From: Callorhinchus milii | Lineage: Eukaryota | Direction of reading: 5' to 3' | DNA length: 64,000 nucleotides | Assembly (NCBI RefSeq): GCF_018977255.1 | Contig: NW_024704743.1 | Location: 16,494,001-16,558,000 of the forward strand | Shown: positions 1-12,411 of the stretch, one piece after another | Layout of the letters: the number at the start of each line of letters is the position of its first letter | How positions within the stretch are numbered: position 1 is the first letter of the stretch | The notes under the pieces: generated by a model | Database searches by the model: none | What the model was told of the DNA's origin: nothing | The model's input: only the letters and a program-made list of their open reading frames with translations | Translations under genes and position numbers: made by a program

Positions 1-699
1 TTGTTGAAGAAACCGTATTTTTACTAAGTAAGTGGAAGCTAAACTTGGTGAGGTGGTGGGTGGAAGGGAAGGAGAGAGATTGATGAGTTTCAAAGTCTAG
101 CCTGGAAAATAAGCCTCAATCTCCAATACAATAGCCACTAAACACTTCAAGAATCGAGTTAATGTCACAGTTGTGATGAATATCAGCTCAATGCAATAAT
201 TTCTATCATTCCATCTGTGGACCAGTGTAAGCCTACCAAATGTAAATCAAAGGAAGGTAGGTGTAGGAAATGTTCAATGTATATCAAGGGATGTCTTGAA
301 TTCTTGATGTTATTCTGGCATCAGACAGCCATCCCTGGGCTATCGTCTTGGATGTAACGTACACTCTATAACACGGGATAGACTGTATCATTTTGCTTGA
401 AACCCAAACCATTCTCTGTCTCTGAAGCACTTATTGTCTCACAACTTGCAAAACAAGGTGGCATATCAATCCAATAGAAAGCAAAAGCTGGTTGCATGTA
501 ATATGAACAGAAATGAAAACAACCAAGATATTGACATTCCCAGTTCTATGACATGTTCCTGTTGCAATTTTTCAGTTGTGTAATGGAGACAAATTTACCT
601 CCAGTAATAAATGTGCTATTTGTTGTGACACGGTTTAGAAAGAGGCAATATTTTTTTTTAAAATACCCTTTTTCTGTTCTATCCATCCAGCATGATGGC

Positions 700-832
700 T
701 AACTGCTGTGCGTAATTGGCTGCTGCGTTTCAGCCACAAAATATGCAGTTAATTCACTTTACAGTATTTCTGTGAAGCGCTTTGAGACGTCTCAACGACG
801 TGATAAGGCGCTATACCAATACAAGGATTTGT
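700..832 (+). mobile_element. 5'-truncated family A SINE. Similar partial copies at ~1600-1770, 4545-4645, 14565-14720(-), 19040-19230, 22805-22903, 28335-28470, 29915-30055, 30110-30260(-), 30622-30870, 38680-38836, 42175-42280(-), 45385-45555(-), 47480-47640, 55508-55633(-)
   Basis: Shared core/tail ctgtgaagcgctttgagacgtctcaa..gtgataaggcgctata. Confidence 0.85.
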
Positions 833-2574
833 ATTTTTTTTGTACTTTTGCTTTAAGTGGTAAATACTGCCATCCACTGGACTTTATCTCTCATTGACAA
901 TAATGGTGACAAAATAAGTGGATGTGAAACAACAGTAATTCCTGAAGAAAACATTTGTAGCACTTGGGGTTTCAGATATCTGGAGAGGTATTTGGGAGTG
1001 ATATGGCCTGCATATATTTAGGATCCATTCTCTGTAAAATGAATTGTTTTTGAAAGGTCTTGACCAGTGGTTGCTGTGCAGCACTTGATATGGTGTTTCA
1101 ATATGATGTGGTGTTAAAAATGCTAGTTCTCTCCCCAAAAAATAGCGTGACCTGAACAGTAATGATTTCTACAGTGTTTCTGTAAATATGCTTTCCTTTT
1201 AATTTACTGTTCTCCGAAGTAATTTGAACAGAAACATAAAAGGTTTCTATAGTGTTTTAGTATATGTATCCTCCTTCCTTCCCCTTCCTCCCCACCCCCA
1301 CCTTCAATGTAGTAACCTTTGCTAAGTCACCTCAACGCTGTAGCTACAGGGGCAGTGCAGGGAAGAGCCTAGGTACTCTGCCAACTGGCTCATCTGCTAA
1401 TTCCTCAAAACCTTACCACAATGGCCAAGGTTCAAGTCTAGAGTTTGATGGGTGCAGCTAAACCAACATCTTCTTGGAGCAGATAGTTCACTTGATCAGG
1501 GCCCCGGCCACTCAGGTCAATATCTGCTGTCGCTCTCACACAGGCACTTCCAAGTCGCTCACAATCCTGACTCAGATGCACGTTGCTGTTATTTCATCGA
1601 TAATTTCAATCCACAACTGTTTGTGAGAGATTGCTGTGCGCAATTGGCTGCCACTTTTTGCCCACAGAATACACTGTCAATCCACTTTACGGTATATTCT
1701 GTGAAGTGCTTTGAGACATCTCAATGACGTGATAAAGCATTATATCAAATGCAAGGGTTATTATTATTTATAGTATCACAAACTCAGTCCTCAACATATG
1801 AACTAGTTTCACCCGATTTTACACTTCCGTTATTGGATGCCTATGGGATTTATGCTCTCAGGATTTTGTAGTACTTCTAATAATAAGTAACTATTCCAAT
1901 CAATTCAGATGCGGCTGTGGTTTGCTGGCGACCGATATTGTTGAATTATCCAAAGATTTAATAGAAACCACACTCATTAGTCCAAAGTTACACTCTTTCG
2001 AGATTCAGTAAAATTTTAGAAGAACAGTTAGTCAAAAGGTGCTGTGGGACTTCTCCCTCATTCAAGGAACTCCTTCTCACAAAAACTTTTTTATACCACA
2101 ATCACACAAAAAAAAACTGTCCCGTCTGAACCGATCATTTATCTGGATGCGTCTACATCATTGGCGATACATATTTTACGTAATTCCTTAGCCAATTTGA
2201 TTGTTCTACTGTAATGCAAACTTCTACTAACCAACCCAGTCAAAAGTTACTGAAATTCATTGCAAAACTTAAGCATGCACTATCTCTTCAAGAATGCATT
2301 GTGCTCATATTTAGTAAAGTGTTATTTTATACATTTTATTACTTTTTGTCTCTCTTCAGCTTTCTCTTCAGTTTCTCTGCTCTTTCTCAATCTGGTATGC
2401 TTTTCTGTCTGATCTGTAGATTGTTTAATTCCAGCTCCCTTGCAATACTACTCTGATTAATTAATAGTAGGACATGCAAGTGAACTTGACCTTTTACCCT
2501 CCTTCCCAAGTGAGAAGGACAATATTTCAGTGCAAATAAACTCAATGGGCTTCTGACTGTCTTCATTCTTATGT

Positions 2575-2953
2575 GGAGTCCTGTAGCTCAGTGGTTAGAG
2601 CAGTCGCCTCACAAGCGAGAGGACCCGGGTTCGATTTCCATGCAGGGCGGAAACTTGGGCAAGTTTCCTTACGCCTCCATTTATCTAGCAGTAAGTTGGA
2701 ACCCAGTTGTTAGTCGATCGGTGGATTGCTTTTCTGGAGGTAATAATCCCTTCACAAAAATATATGAAAAATACGAATAATAATGTGGTCACTCAATCCA
2801 CGACTGTTTGTGGGACACTGCTATGCACAATTGGCTACTTCGTTTTGCCCATAAGATATACAGTCCACATACTTTACAGTATATTCTGTGAAGCACTTCG
2901 AGATGTCTTGAAGACATGATAAAGCGCCATATCAAAAAAAATGCAAGGATTAT
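2575..2953 (+). mobile_element. Full-length tRNA-derived SINE (family A, long form) with L2-like tail
   Basis: Head has A box TAGCTCAGTGG and B box GGTTCGATT; core ctgtttgtgggacactgct...aattggct; tail gaagc..gagatgtc..aaatgcaaggattat. Many copies in the window. Confidence 0.9.
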
Positions 2954-3126
2954 GTAAAGCCTAGGTGTAAAATCATTTGGGAGGTGTTCTGCTTATTCTA
3001 AGGTAATGCTCCTGGTGAAACTTGCTGCTCAGATAGTTTGGTGATAACATTTATTGACCAGTATTTTGAGAGGTAGAGGAAGCAAAGTGTCAGGAATGCT
3101 TACTGTTGTTCTTTCTCCTGATACAG

Positions 3127-3267
3127 GCAGGATGGGTAATAGCCGCCGTGCGCTACAGATGATAACTGAGGAGCTCCAGGATGTGGACAAGGCCATTGAG
3201 TTTGCTAAAGAACAGGACGATGCTGAACTCTGGGAGGACCTGATCTCTTATTCCATCGACAAGCCAC
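3127..3267 (+). CDS. VPS41: VPS41 internal coding exon (SRMGNSRRALQMITEELQDVDKAIEFAKEQDDAELWEDLISYSIDKP)
   Basis: Translation matches the vertebrate VPS41 C-terminal region as I recall it. Acceptor tacAG at 3125-3126, donor GT at 3268, phase 1 to phase 1. Upstream exons are outside the window or not recognised. Confidence 0.96.
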
Positions 3268-3274
3268 GTACGTA

Positions 3275-3935
3275 AACAACAACTACTTGCACTTATATAG
3301 CACCCTCCACGCAGGGTAGTGTCTCAGAGCGCTTAACAATGGAGGAGCTGACTCAGCCTGTGGTGGGGGGGTGACTGTAAGCACGGTTGAAAAGGAAGGT
3401 TTTCAGGCAGAACTTGAAAAAGGGGAGAGAGACGGTAAAGCGGAGGGATTGAGGGAGAGTGTTCCAGAGTTTCAGGGCCTAGTGGCTGAAAGCCCGACCT
3501 TCAGTGGTGGAGCGGAGGGTGTGAGGGACAAGTAGGAAGCCAGTGCCAGTTGAGCGGAGGTGCCAGATGGTGGATTGGGGAGTGAGAAGGTCAGTTGGTG
3601 CCAGGGAGCGAATGGATTTCAGCACGGGTGTGAGGATCTTGGAATCGAGATCTTAAACCAGCCTTGAATTGAGCAATTGACAGTGTGCTGATATTAAATC
3701 GCTTGAAGTGGGTTCAGGGGGAAAGGTTTTAAAACAATAACAAATTGCATTATATAATGCCTTTCATGTCAGGGAGAACATCCCAAGGTGCTAGACAATG
3801 AAAGGTTTGCAATGAAGGGTTGGGAACAGAGAGGGGGTTGAAGGCAAGTGGGGAAGGAGCAGCGAAGATGAACAAAGGCAAGGCCGAAAAGGAAGGTCTT
3901 GAGATGCACCTAAAGGAGCCAAGGGAGGAAGCACT
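3275..3935 (-). mobile_element. Two degraded L2 3' fragments
   Basis: (AAC)n tails at ~3275 and ~3735, each followed by purine-rich reverse L2 3' sequence. Confidence 0.75.
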
Positions 3936-5062
3936 TTCTCAAAGTTTGCACATTTCAGAATGAGGCGTGATTCTGAACGAGAAATCTAAAACAAAATCAA
4001 GGCATTGCTTTTTTCAAGCTCGGCAATGGTTGATTTTCTTATTAAATTCACACTTAATTGCTTATAAAGATATTAATATGGCTCTTATATTGTAACTATA
4101 TCAGGAATAGTATCAACTACATGTTACCTTTATTCAGTGAAATTTTCTCCTCATTTGATTTTGTTGTTAACTATTTAAATCCTTCGTAACCTGAAAAGAC
4201 AGATACGTGAAATGGGAATTTATACACAAGATCTTCTGATAGGATGATTGTTTCATTAACTCGCCATTTGAAAAGCCTACAGGTAGGAAGTAGATGAGAA
4301 GCTCCACAACCTTATTCTATGGTTCTGCTCCTAGGAAAATCTGGAGTACAACTAGTTCTGCTGTGGGCCATTATTCTGAGAAGAGGGGAAAACAAGGTGT
4401 TTGGATTACTTGCTGAAATCTGTTACTCTTTCTGCTGATACAGGTCCTGGGACAGCTGAATTAGAGTATGAGAGTTAGAGATGGATTTTGGTTCTTTGGC
4501 ACTGTTCAGTCCATTACTCCAGCATTTCCTGATCTTGTTTCACTCACAAAATACACAGTGAATCGACTTTACAGTATCTACCCTGAAGTGCTTTGAGATG
4601 CCTCAACAACATGAAAGGCGCTATATCAAATGCAAGGATTATTACTTATCGTAATTAATATTGTTGCCTCTAATTTCGCGGATGATTCTGGCCTACTTTA
4701 GTCCAGTCTTTCTAGGTTGGAAGGATCGCACCTGGTGCTTTCTGTTCATTCCCCTCATTTCCTGGCTTTATTTCAGATTTGTGGCAAATGGTGTTTTTGT
4801 TTTGAATCTGGAGCACCATGGTGTTTTTTAAACTCGGCAATGGTTGATTTTCTTATTTAATTCACACTTTGGAGAACGATTGTTTCTAAAGATACTAATT
4901 TGGCTCTTGTATTGTAACTATCAGGAATCATATCAAATGGCAAGGGATGGAATGGATTCCAGATGTTAAATGTTTGGAATGCATGGCTTTGATCATCAAT
5001 GAATGGACTGGGGTTCATGTTACATTGTTCATTGTTGTTGATAGTTAACATTTCCCTTGCAG

Positions 5063-5199
5063 CCTTTATAACTGGATTGTTGAACAACATCGGCACCCAT
5101 GTTGATCCAATCCTGTTGATCCACCGAATAAAGGAAGGCATGGAGATCCCTAACCTGAGAGACTCGCTGGTGAAGATTCTGCAGGACTATAACTTGCAG
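5063..5199 (+). CDS. VPS41: VPS41 coding exon (PFITGLLNNIGTHVDPILLIHRIKEGMEIPNLRDSLVKILQDYNLQ)
   Basis: ttcccttgcAG acceptor, GTcagt donor. Frame continues from the previous exon (C|CC = Pro). Near-identical to vertebrate VPS41. Confidence 0.97.
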
Positions 5200-5237
5200 G
5201 TCAGTTGGGGAGTGGCGAGATAGCTGAATAAAAGTAT

Positions 5238-5716
5238 TTTGATCACCCCCATCCTCGTCCGACTCCACTGGCTTCCTATCACACAGAGGATACAGTTCAA
5301 GATCCTGATTCTCACCTTCAAAGCCCTCCATGGCCTTGCTCCCCCCTACCTCTGCGACCTCCTAACCCCTACCAACCTGCCCGCTCCCTCCACTCAGCGG
5401 GCTCTGGCCTGCTTCACATCACCTGGTTCAGCCTCCCCACCATTGGCGGGCGGGCCTTCAGCCACTCTGCCCCTACCCTCTGGAACTCCATCGCACAGGC
5501 CCTCCGCCTCGCTCCCTCCCTTGCCTCCTTCAAGACCTGTCTCAAGACCCTCCTTCGACCGCGCCTTTAGTCACCCTCCTTCCCCCCCCCCCCCCCCCCC
5601 CCGGCCTCCACCCTTCCCGATCCCAACCCCCAGCTCAGGTCTGAAACATTAATTGTCTAGCGCCTTGGTACGTCCTCCCAATGTGAAAAGCGCTATACAA
5701 ATGTCATTTTGTTGTT
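5238..5716 (+). mobile_element. L2 LINE 3' fragment
   Basis: ITPILVRLHWLPITQRIQFKILILTFKALHGLAP; (GTT)n tail. Confidence 0.92.
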
Positions 5717-6529
5717 TTTTTCAACGTAGGAGTAGGCCATTCAGCCCCTCGAGCCTGTGCCACCATTCTATTAGATCATTGCTGATCTATACCTCATTTC
5801 CAATTATCCACCATTGCCTCATATCCCTTGATACTCTTACCTAATAAAAAAAAGTCAGGCTTCATCACGTTGAATACTTTAATAATGATCAGAATTGCAG
5901 TGGCTTCATGTGGACAGTTTGTGTATTTCTGAATGAAGCGTGACTCTGAATGAGAAATCTCACATTTTATCTCTTGTAAGTGTAAGTTTTATAGCATCTA
6001 ACCAGCCTGAAATATCATGCTTCACTAAGGATATACTAAATGAATCACTTGGAAAAGGCATTTAATTCTTCAAAATAGTATAGCTCATTAAATTGTCTTA
6101 TTAGATTGTGCATGTTCTTTAATTGGTGTGTTCAGTCTTTTTCACGTATGTACACAAATAGGAACATGTTTGAAAACATCCTTTTTATAAAACAAATTGC
6201 ACTTTTGTATGCTTGTTTTATACCATTGATGCATGTTTTGTTGTACTCTGCATTCTGAAGCCAAAATGACTTAAAATGAAAACATCAGCTGGATATGCCT
6301 ATTGCGTAGGTATCAATTACAGAATGTGTTGGAGCTGCACAATGTGACTCCAATTTGATCTGCGTGTACTGTTTACAGTTGTCCAATGAAAAGTGCTGCA
6401 GGTTGCTATTCAGGGATGAGATTTTAAATTCATTTGGGAAATGGAGATAATTTGTATCTTTCTATATCGCCCTTGTATTTTGAAATGATGAAATCTTAAA
6501 TAATAATCCAAATGCCAGTTAGTCTGCGA

Positions 6530-6662
6530 TACACACGCACACACGCAGGCACGCACGCACGCACACAGGCACGCACACAGACAGACAGACACATGCACAC
6601 AGAGAGACACACGCACAAACACCACAGACACACAGGCACTCACACAGACACATGCACACTCA
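6530..6662. repeat. Degenerate (CA)/(CACG)/(CAGA) microsatellite
   Basis: Directly visible. Confidence 0.9.
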
Positions 6663-8136
6663 GAAAGCAGGTAACGTGAAGCTGACGCTTGTGAAGAAGA
6701 AGTGGATAAATTACCTGTGGAAACAAATTATATTTGTAGTTTTTTGTTTTTTTTAGCACATTCTATCGATTCACCTTTCACCAGGAAGTGGCTGAGTGAT
6801 GAGATGATAGCAAAGGAAAATGTATTGTAGCGCGGATCCCCACGCAGGCTGATTCGGAGTCTGGCATGGAGCTCGCGGGCAGGCCTGCCACCCCTATTAT
6901 AGACCAGCACATTCGTAATCCCCGCCCCGCTCTAACTATTAACCATTCAAGGACACTGGGTCGCTATCCTACATGGAGGGTGCTATATAAGTGCAAGTTG
7001 TTGTAACCAACCTCAGGCCAGCCCTCCTGTTAAGCACTGTGAGGCGCTATCCCACGTGAAATGTGTTGTTGTTACATGTGGCCTAGACTTCATGCTCCAG
7101 GCCCAGGCCAGGGTCTCCAACCTTCTCAGACCTGCCCCAGTACACAAGGGAGATGGGGGCATCATCACCTCCTTGAGGAGGCACAGGCTCCACCCCTCCA
7201 GCCTTCCTGCTCTTAGGTCCCTAGTGCTGCTATAGTCTATTAACTAGGAAGTAGTAATGACTGAGGGTAGAACTCATCCACTTGCTCACTGCTATTTACC
7301 AGGATTTTGGTTGAGTCATTATCCCAAACCACCTGAGAATATGACGGTGCTTGTTAAATCGGAGGTGCCAGAGCTGCACAGCGTACGTGGAGTCAAAATC
7401 CCTCCACTTTGAACACTCCTTTGCTGCTTTCAAAATCCTTCCTAAAAACCCACCCCTTTGAACATACCTTCAGCTAACTCCTTCCTACCCCTTGCACAGC
7501 TCAAGTTTCCATTCCATACCCGAAAATTGCTTCGAGACATTGCTCGACTACATAAAAGTAGAGGTTGTTGTTAATAGTGGAAATGTTCAGCTGACCATGA
7601 AGAAGCACACATCCTAATGCGGAGGTTGAAGTTTATTGTCAGCCATTCAGTATAGTGACAGTGATGTATCGTATGCTTGTCTCCACCTTTTTTACACCAG
7701 TTCTGCCTCTCGCGTCACCCAATCTTTGGCTAGATTTATCATCTCCCCCTCCCTCAGCAGTAGATTTCAAGATTCTCACTTTCAGATCCCACCACAGTGT
7801 CATTCCACCCCACCTGGCTGTCCGATCTTCTCCAGCCTCCTATCTCCCACTGCATTCTTCTAACTCGGATTTCTTGCTCTCGTCCTGTTCCCTCTTGTTA
7901 CCATTAGAGGCCGTTTAAATTTATTTATTGTCCATGACCAACTATCAGAAGAGCCTGATCAGAAAAGCAGGTTTGGTCCCTCCAGTAACAAAGTCTGTGG
8001 AGTGGTTTGTTGTGTTGCAGAGTGTCATATGACATTTCCTTCTCAGATTTCTGTGAATTAAACTCTTATTGGTACAATGCGAAATGCAAGAAATGCATTG
8101 TGTACCCCCACTAAACCATATTGCAATTCTTTTCAG

Positions 8137-8236
8137 ATTTTATTGCGAGAAGGATGCAAGAAGATTCTAGTTTCGGACTGTTTGGCTTTATTGAAAAGAA
8201 TGCATAAAACTCAGCAGAAAGGTGTCCATGTTAATG
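8137..8236 (+). CDS. VPS41: VPS41 coding exon (ILLREGCKKILVSDCLALLKRMHKTQQKGVHVN)
   Basis: ttctttttcAG acceptor, GTaagt donor, phase 0 to 1. Matches VPS41 ILLREGCKKILV motif. Confidence 0.96.
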
Positions 8237-8744
8237 GTAAGTGTCACTCACATTATTGACTCACATCTCACAACCCTGCAGAATTTGCTCCACGTTTAGA
8301 ACATGAATAAGGTTGTGCTTTACATTCCATGCTCTTGTACTGCTAGTTTAATGCTGAATGTTTGAGCATGTTTAGCTTGTGTGGAGGGCACCTGAGTGTC
8401 AGGTAGTAATTCACAGGTTTGTCTGTTAACTCACAATGTCTTGCGCGGAACAGGTTCTCGTAATGTACACCCATCGTATGAGGTTACATTCAATAACATT
8501 TGGAATTTTAAGTGTGTGAAGATTTTGTGTTGAGGGACTGTGAAGAAGGATGGAGGTCAGACTGTTAAAGTAATACTTTGGCGGAGATTGTTTCAACAGC
8601 AATGTAAAAGCTCCGGTGTTGGATTACATCATGTCAGCACTGCTGACAGAGGAGCGAGAGCACCGGTAATCTATTCTGCATTTGGAAAAGAGTGAATGGT
8701 ACACCAGTGGTGTACTGTGCTTGTTGGTGAGCTTGAAAAAAGGG

Positions 8745-9280
8745 AGGTATATTTGTATAGCGCCCTATCACATCGAAATTTCCACAGTAATTGATATTGT
8801 GTGATCAGTTTCTGGAGGCAAACACAACAGTCATTTTTGTGCACAGCATCTTCCAGGAACAGCCTTAATGGATTTACCTGGATGACTTGTTGGCCCAGAG
8901 ACCGAGAGAAACTCTCTTCTCTTTTCAAACAGCGCCATAAGACCTTTAATGTCCATCTGAACTGGCAGATGGCTTAAATGTAATCCAAAGGATGACATCT
9001 CCAACAATAATTAGATAATTATTTGGGCAGCACAAGTTTGCAGGGCTATTGGGAGAGTGCGGGGGAGTGGGATTGATTTGGATAGCTCTTCAAAGAGTCG
9101 GCACAGACACAATGGGCTGAATGGCCTCCCTTCTGTGCTGTATAATTCTATAATTCTATGAATACTCCCCAACCACTATACTGTAGTGTCAGCCTAGACA
9201 GCTCAAAGTCCTGACAAGGGCTTGAACCCACAACCTTCTGACTCGGAGGCGAGAATGCTACACACTGAGCCAGGCTGACA
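8745..9280 (-). mobile_element. tRNA-derived Deu-domain-type SINE (family B), interrupted by a CR1 3' end at ~9008-9160
   Basis: Head (reverse) tgtcagcctggctcagtg..gcattctcgcctccgagtcagaaggttgtgggttcaagccc; Deu-like core ttcag.tggac.ttaaag.tc..atggc.ct.tttgaa. Confidence 0.8.
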
Positions 9281-9626
9281 TCCGATCTGCTGTGGGGCAC
9301 GATTGAGTCGAGACCCAAACCTGCTGCTAGCTCTGCTCTCCCAACACCCCCCGGAGCTGACCAGCATTATCAGAAGCAGTTTGGGAGCCAGCCACAGCTG
9401 GAGCCTCTTGACTTGGGCAGGTGTAAAAGGGTAATCAAAAAGGCAGCAACTTTTGGATTTTTGCAGGCCACTATTTTGATACTCATTTCCCTCAATTTGC
9501 TTCCCTGCTGGGAATGTTTCCACTAGTGTTTTGACATGACTGCTATGAACTGCTGAACATCCTTTTGTGGAGGCAAAAGCCATGTTTTGCCAGAAAAATG
9601 TAATCACTGTTTTGTTTTTCTTGCAG

Positions 9627-9671
9627 AAGAGAACATTTGTGAATCCTGCCACGCTCCCATTCTGCCTGCCG
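9627..9671 (+). CDS. VPS41: VPS41 45-bp coding exon (EENICESCHAPILPA), first CxxC of the RING-H2 finger
   Basis: Not in the ORF track; read manually. tttttcttgcAG acceptor, GTgagt donor, phase 1 to 1. Confidence 0.94.
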
Positions 9672-9836
9672 GTGAGTTGCATTCGGAGTCAACAAAGACT
9701 TGTAGACATCAACTGATCGGGGACTTTGAACAGTTAGTTGTCTGAACCTTGTGCAAATGTCATGCATCTCATGTGAGATCTGCACCCAGACACACAAAGA
9801 AACAGCTGATGTGGGTTGACCCAACCTGGTTTTCTC

Positions 9837-9851
9837 CCATCAGGTGGCGCT
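9837..9851 (+). promoter_or_regulatory. Candidate CTCF motif
   Basis: CCATCAGGTGGCGCT, one mismatch to the CCASYAGRKGGCRS core. Confidence 0.35.
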
Positions 9852-10009
9852 GGTGAAGTTCGGATTTGCTGCCATCTGACAGCTTTGGTGACAGTCTAAC
9901 AATGCTTTAGTTCTTTCATGTTGAGGGGAGTTCATGTTGACTCTTGGTGGGATGGGAGGTGACACATCTGATGAAAGACCTGAACTCAATGATGGGTAGT
10001 AACTGTCAT

Positions 10010-10580
10010 TCAGGTTTTATAAATAGAATATAAAAAGCGAAGAGGTAATATAACCGTATATAAGTCGTTAGCTAGACCACAGTTAGAATATTGTTTCCAG
10101 TATTGGTCACCCCACTTTAGGAAATATGTCAAGGTCTTAGAGAGGATGCAAGGAGATTTACTGAGATGATACAAGGGATGAGTGGTATGGCTGTGAGCGG
10201 AGACCAGAGGAACCAGACCTTGCTGGAACAAAGAAGGTTGAGGGTGAAATGATAAAAGGATGAATGGTTTGCCTAATGAGTCAGTAACTAGAGGGCATCA
10301 ATTTAAGAGGGTTAGTAAACAAGCAATTGGGGAGGATAGGAGAAATGTTTTCATGCAAAGAGTAGTTAGGATATGGAATGCCCTGCTGGGAGCAGCGCTT
10401 GAAGCAGAATCCATATTGGCCTTCAAGAAGGAACTGGACAAATCCCTTTTATATAAAGAAAAACAGCTTCAGAGAAATGGGGAAAGGGCAGGGAAATGGG
10501 ACTGAAAGGAATGCTCTTGAGAGAAGCAGCACAGACACTATGGGCTAAATGGTGGTCTTCTGTACCATAAATTTCTATTG
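10010..10580 (+). mobile_element. CR1 LINE 3' fragment
   Basis: Encodes decayed YKSLARPQLEYCFQYWSP and TRGHQFK..FMQRVVRIWNAL; CR1-type 3' UTR. Confidence 0.88.
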
Positions 10581-11043
10581 AGAGGGGATACAGTCTCTTC
10601 AGCAGGAAATCTCTCATGAAATCCATACTTAAAGAAGAAAAACTGAATTCTGGAAATCTGCTGTATGCTAATTGCACAGTCTGGAATATGTTGACACATA
10701 TTGATTCTGGGAAGATGTCTGCCCACTTGTCTGTAGAGGGCAGCAGGTCAAATTTGAATTATAGGTACATTTGGTATGGTGCCTATACCACAAAGAGCAG
10801 TGACTTGTGTGTTGTGTGGATGAATGCTTTTGGGTTTTTTCTGGTGCAGTTTCTCCCAGGAGCTGGTGGGTGAGAGTAAAGTTTGCCCTGGAATAGTTTG
10901 TGTGCGGTGTTCGTGGTATGTGCAAAGATCAAGCATTTCTGTTTCTCCATTAAGTCTGACCTTTTCTGAATGTTGCTGGAATTCGTGTTTTTCCTTCCGA
11001 GTGTTAGTTCCATTCACTACAGAACCTGTTCTTCTCATTTCAG

Positions 11044-11123
11044 ATGTTGCCAAGATGTTCAGTGTGGTAGTTTTCCACTGCAGGCACATGTTTCACAAAG
11101 AATGCCTTCCCACACCTGGCATG
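11044..11123 (+). CDS. VPS41: VPS41 coding exon (DVAKMFSVVVFHCRHMFHKECLPTPGM), RING-H2 core
   Basis: ctcatttcAG acceptor, GTaagt donor. Contains the CRHMFHKEC RING-H2 motif. Confidence 0.96.
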
Positions 11124-12345
11124 GTAAGTTGTCAAGTATTAGAATTAATTTGGTGTCAGTATCTTCCATGATTGATGTGACCATATGTAGTGCTTTTGTA
11201 GTGGACATTATATTCCGCTTTTGTTAATATATTCCATCTGATCTCAGATTGCAACATTTGGCAATTTACTAATTTGGGGATGGGGAGAAAGCAAACATTG
11301 GCGCATTTGGCATTAGGTAAATGCTGATGAGTGCAACTCCTTTGTTGTGATGTTTGACAGTGTGTTTTTTTAAAGCCCCTGCCCCTTTAAGACTCTCTTA
11401 AAGTGTTCATCACATGATATCTGTTTTTTACCCTATGTGTAAATTCCCTATATAATATGCAGGCGCACCAGATACTCCCACAAATGGAAACTAACACGTA
11501 CACTGCTGCTGTGGCTAATGATTCCCAGATTTCTTTCCCATCTAAAAAACGAGGAGAAAGAATATGACCCAAGAAATGCTGTTGACTTCAGAGGGATGAG
11601 ACCGTTTTAATTGCTGACGTGCATCTAAAATAGTTTAGTAGAGCAGTTCGGTGATGAATTATATGCAAGGAATCATGGAAATACCAGATGTTGCTGATGC
11701 CAAATATTAACGCTAACTTGCATTTACATAGTGGCCTTTTATGTACAATAATGTCTCAAGTACTTTACAAAGATGGGATGCTGAGATGACAAACAGGGAA
11801 GGGGGGAGCTATAGGCATGGTCAAACAAATGGGTATTAAGGCAGGATTTAAAGAGAGAGAGAGAGAGAGAGTGGGAGAGAGTTCCAGAGGTTAGGAACGC
11901 GTTGATGCCCTAATTGAGATCGCACAATGATTTGTGTAGGCACACCATGAGCATCCATAGGGATCTCCTCTCAAGCATGTCTATGTAAAAGTTGTGTGTG
12001 TAAGTATCTGTTATATAACCCACCACCAACACTGCTGTCAATGGTCAAGTTGGTGAAGCAGAGTCTGCAGTGTTGATCCTGTGGACTGTGGTCTTTGATT
12101 GCCAGTTTGCGAGATATCAGCTTCTTACACTTTACCATTAACAACATTGTCATGAGTATGGGCGGGGAGAAGAGAAAGAGGGTCCACTCCTCCGTGACTA
12201 TCAATGTGATGGCAAAATATGCCACAAATTTAACTCCTTATTTCTTGGTCTATAAAGTGATCAGTGTAACTTACCCCCTATTCCCCACACACTCCTTCCA
12301 ATGGCTGTGTAATGATACTAATGACTTATTATTTTTTGTGTGCAG

Positions 12346-12411
12346 TTTTGTAACATATGCAGTGCCAAACGCCGAGGGCCTGGCAGTGGACTGAGTGAGC
12401 TGAAGAAGTGA
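12346..12411 (+). CDS. VPS41: VPS41 terminal coding exon (FCNICSAKRRGPGSGLSELKK*)
   Basis: Final CxxC of the RING plus conserved RGPGS..E.KK C-terminus. TGA stop at 12409-12411. Branch-like TACTAAT at 12316-12322 and tgcAG acceptor at 12344-12345. Confidence 0.92.
   Translation, partial: FCNICSAKRRGPGSGLSELKK

Noticed and set aside
150..480. Minus-strand sequence faintly resembling an L1/Tx1 ORF2 'GLG' region
   Set aside because: Similarity too weak and broken by stops to call by eye.
2575..2650. tRNA-like sequences (also 49003-49075, 58527-58590 and minus-strand copies)
   Set aside because: Each runs directly into a SINE body and lacks a proper acceptor stem; these are SINE heads, not tRNA genes.
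5881..5950. Possible C/D box snoRNA (atgatca...ctga...ctga)
   Set aside because: C box imperfect, no terminal stem or recognisable guide; not supportable without an Rfam search.
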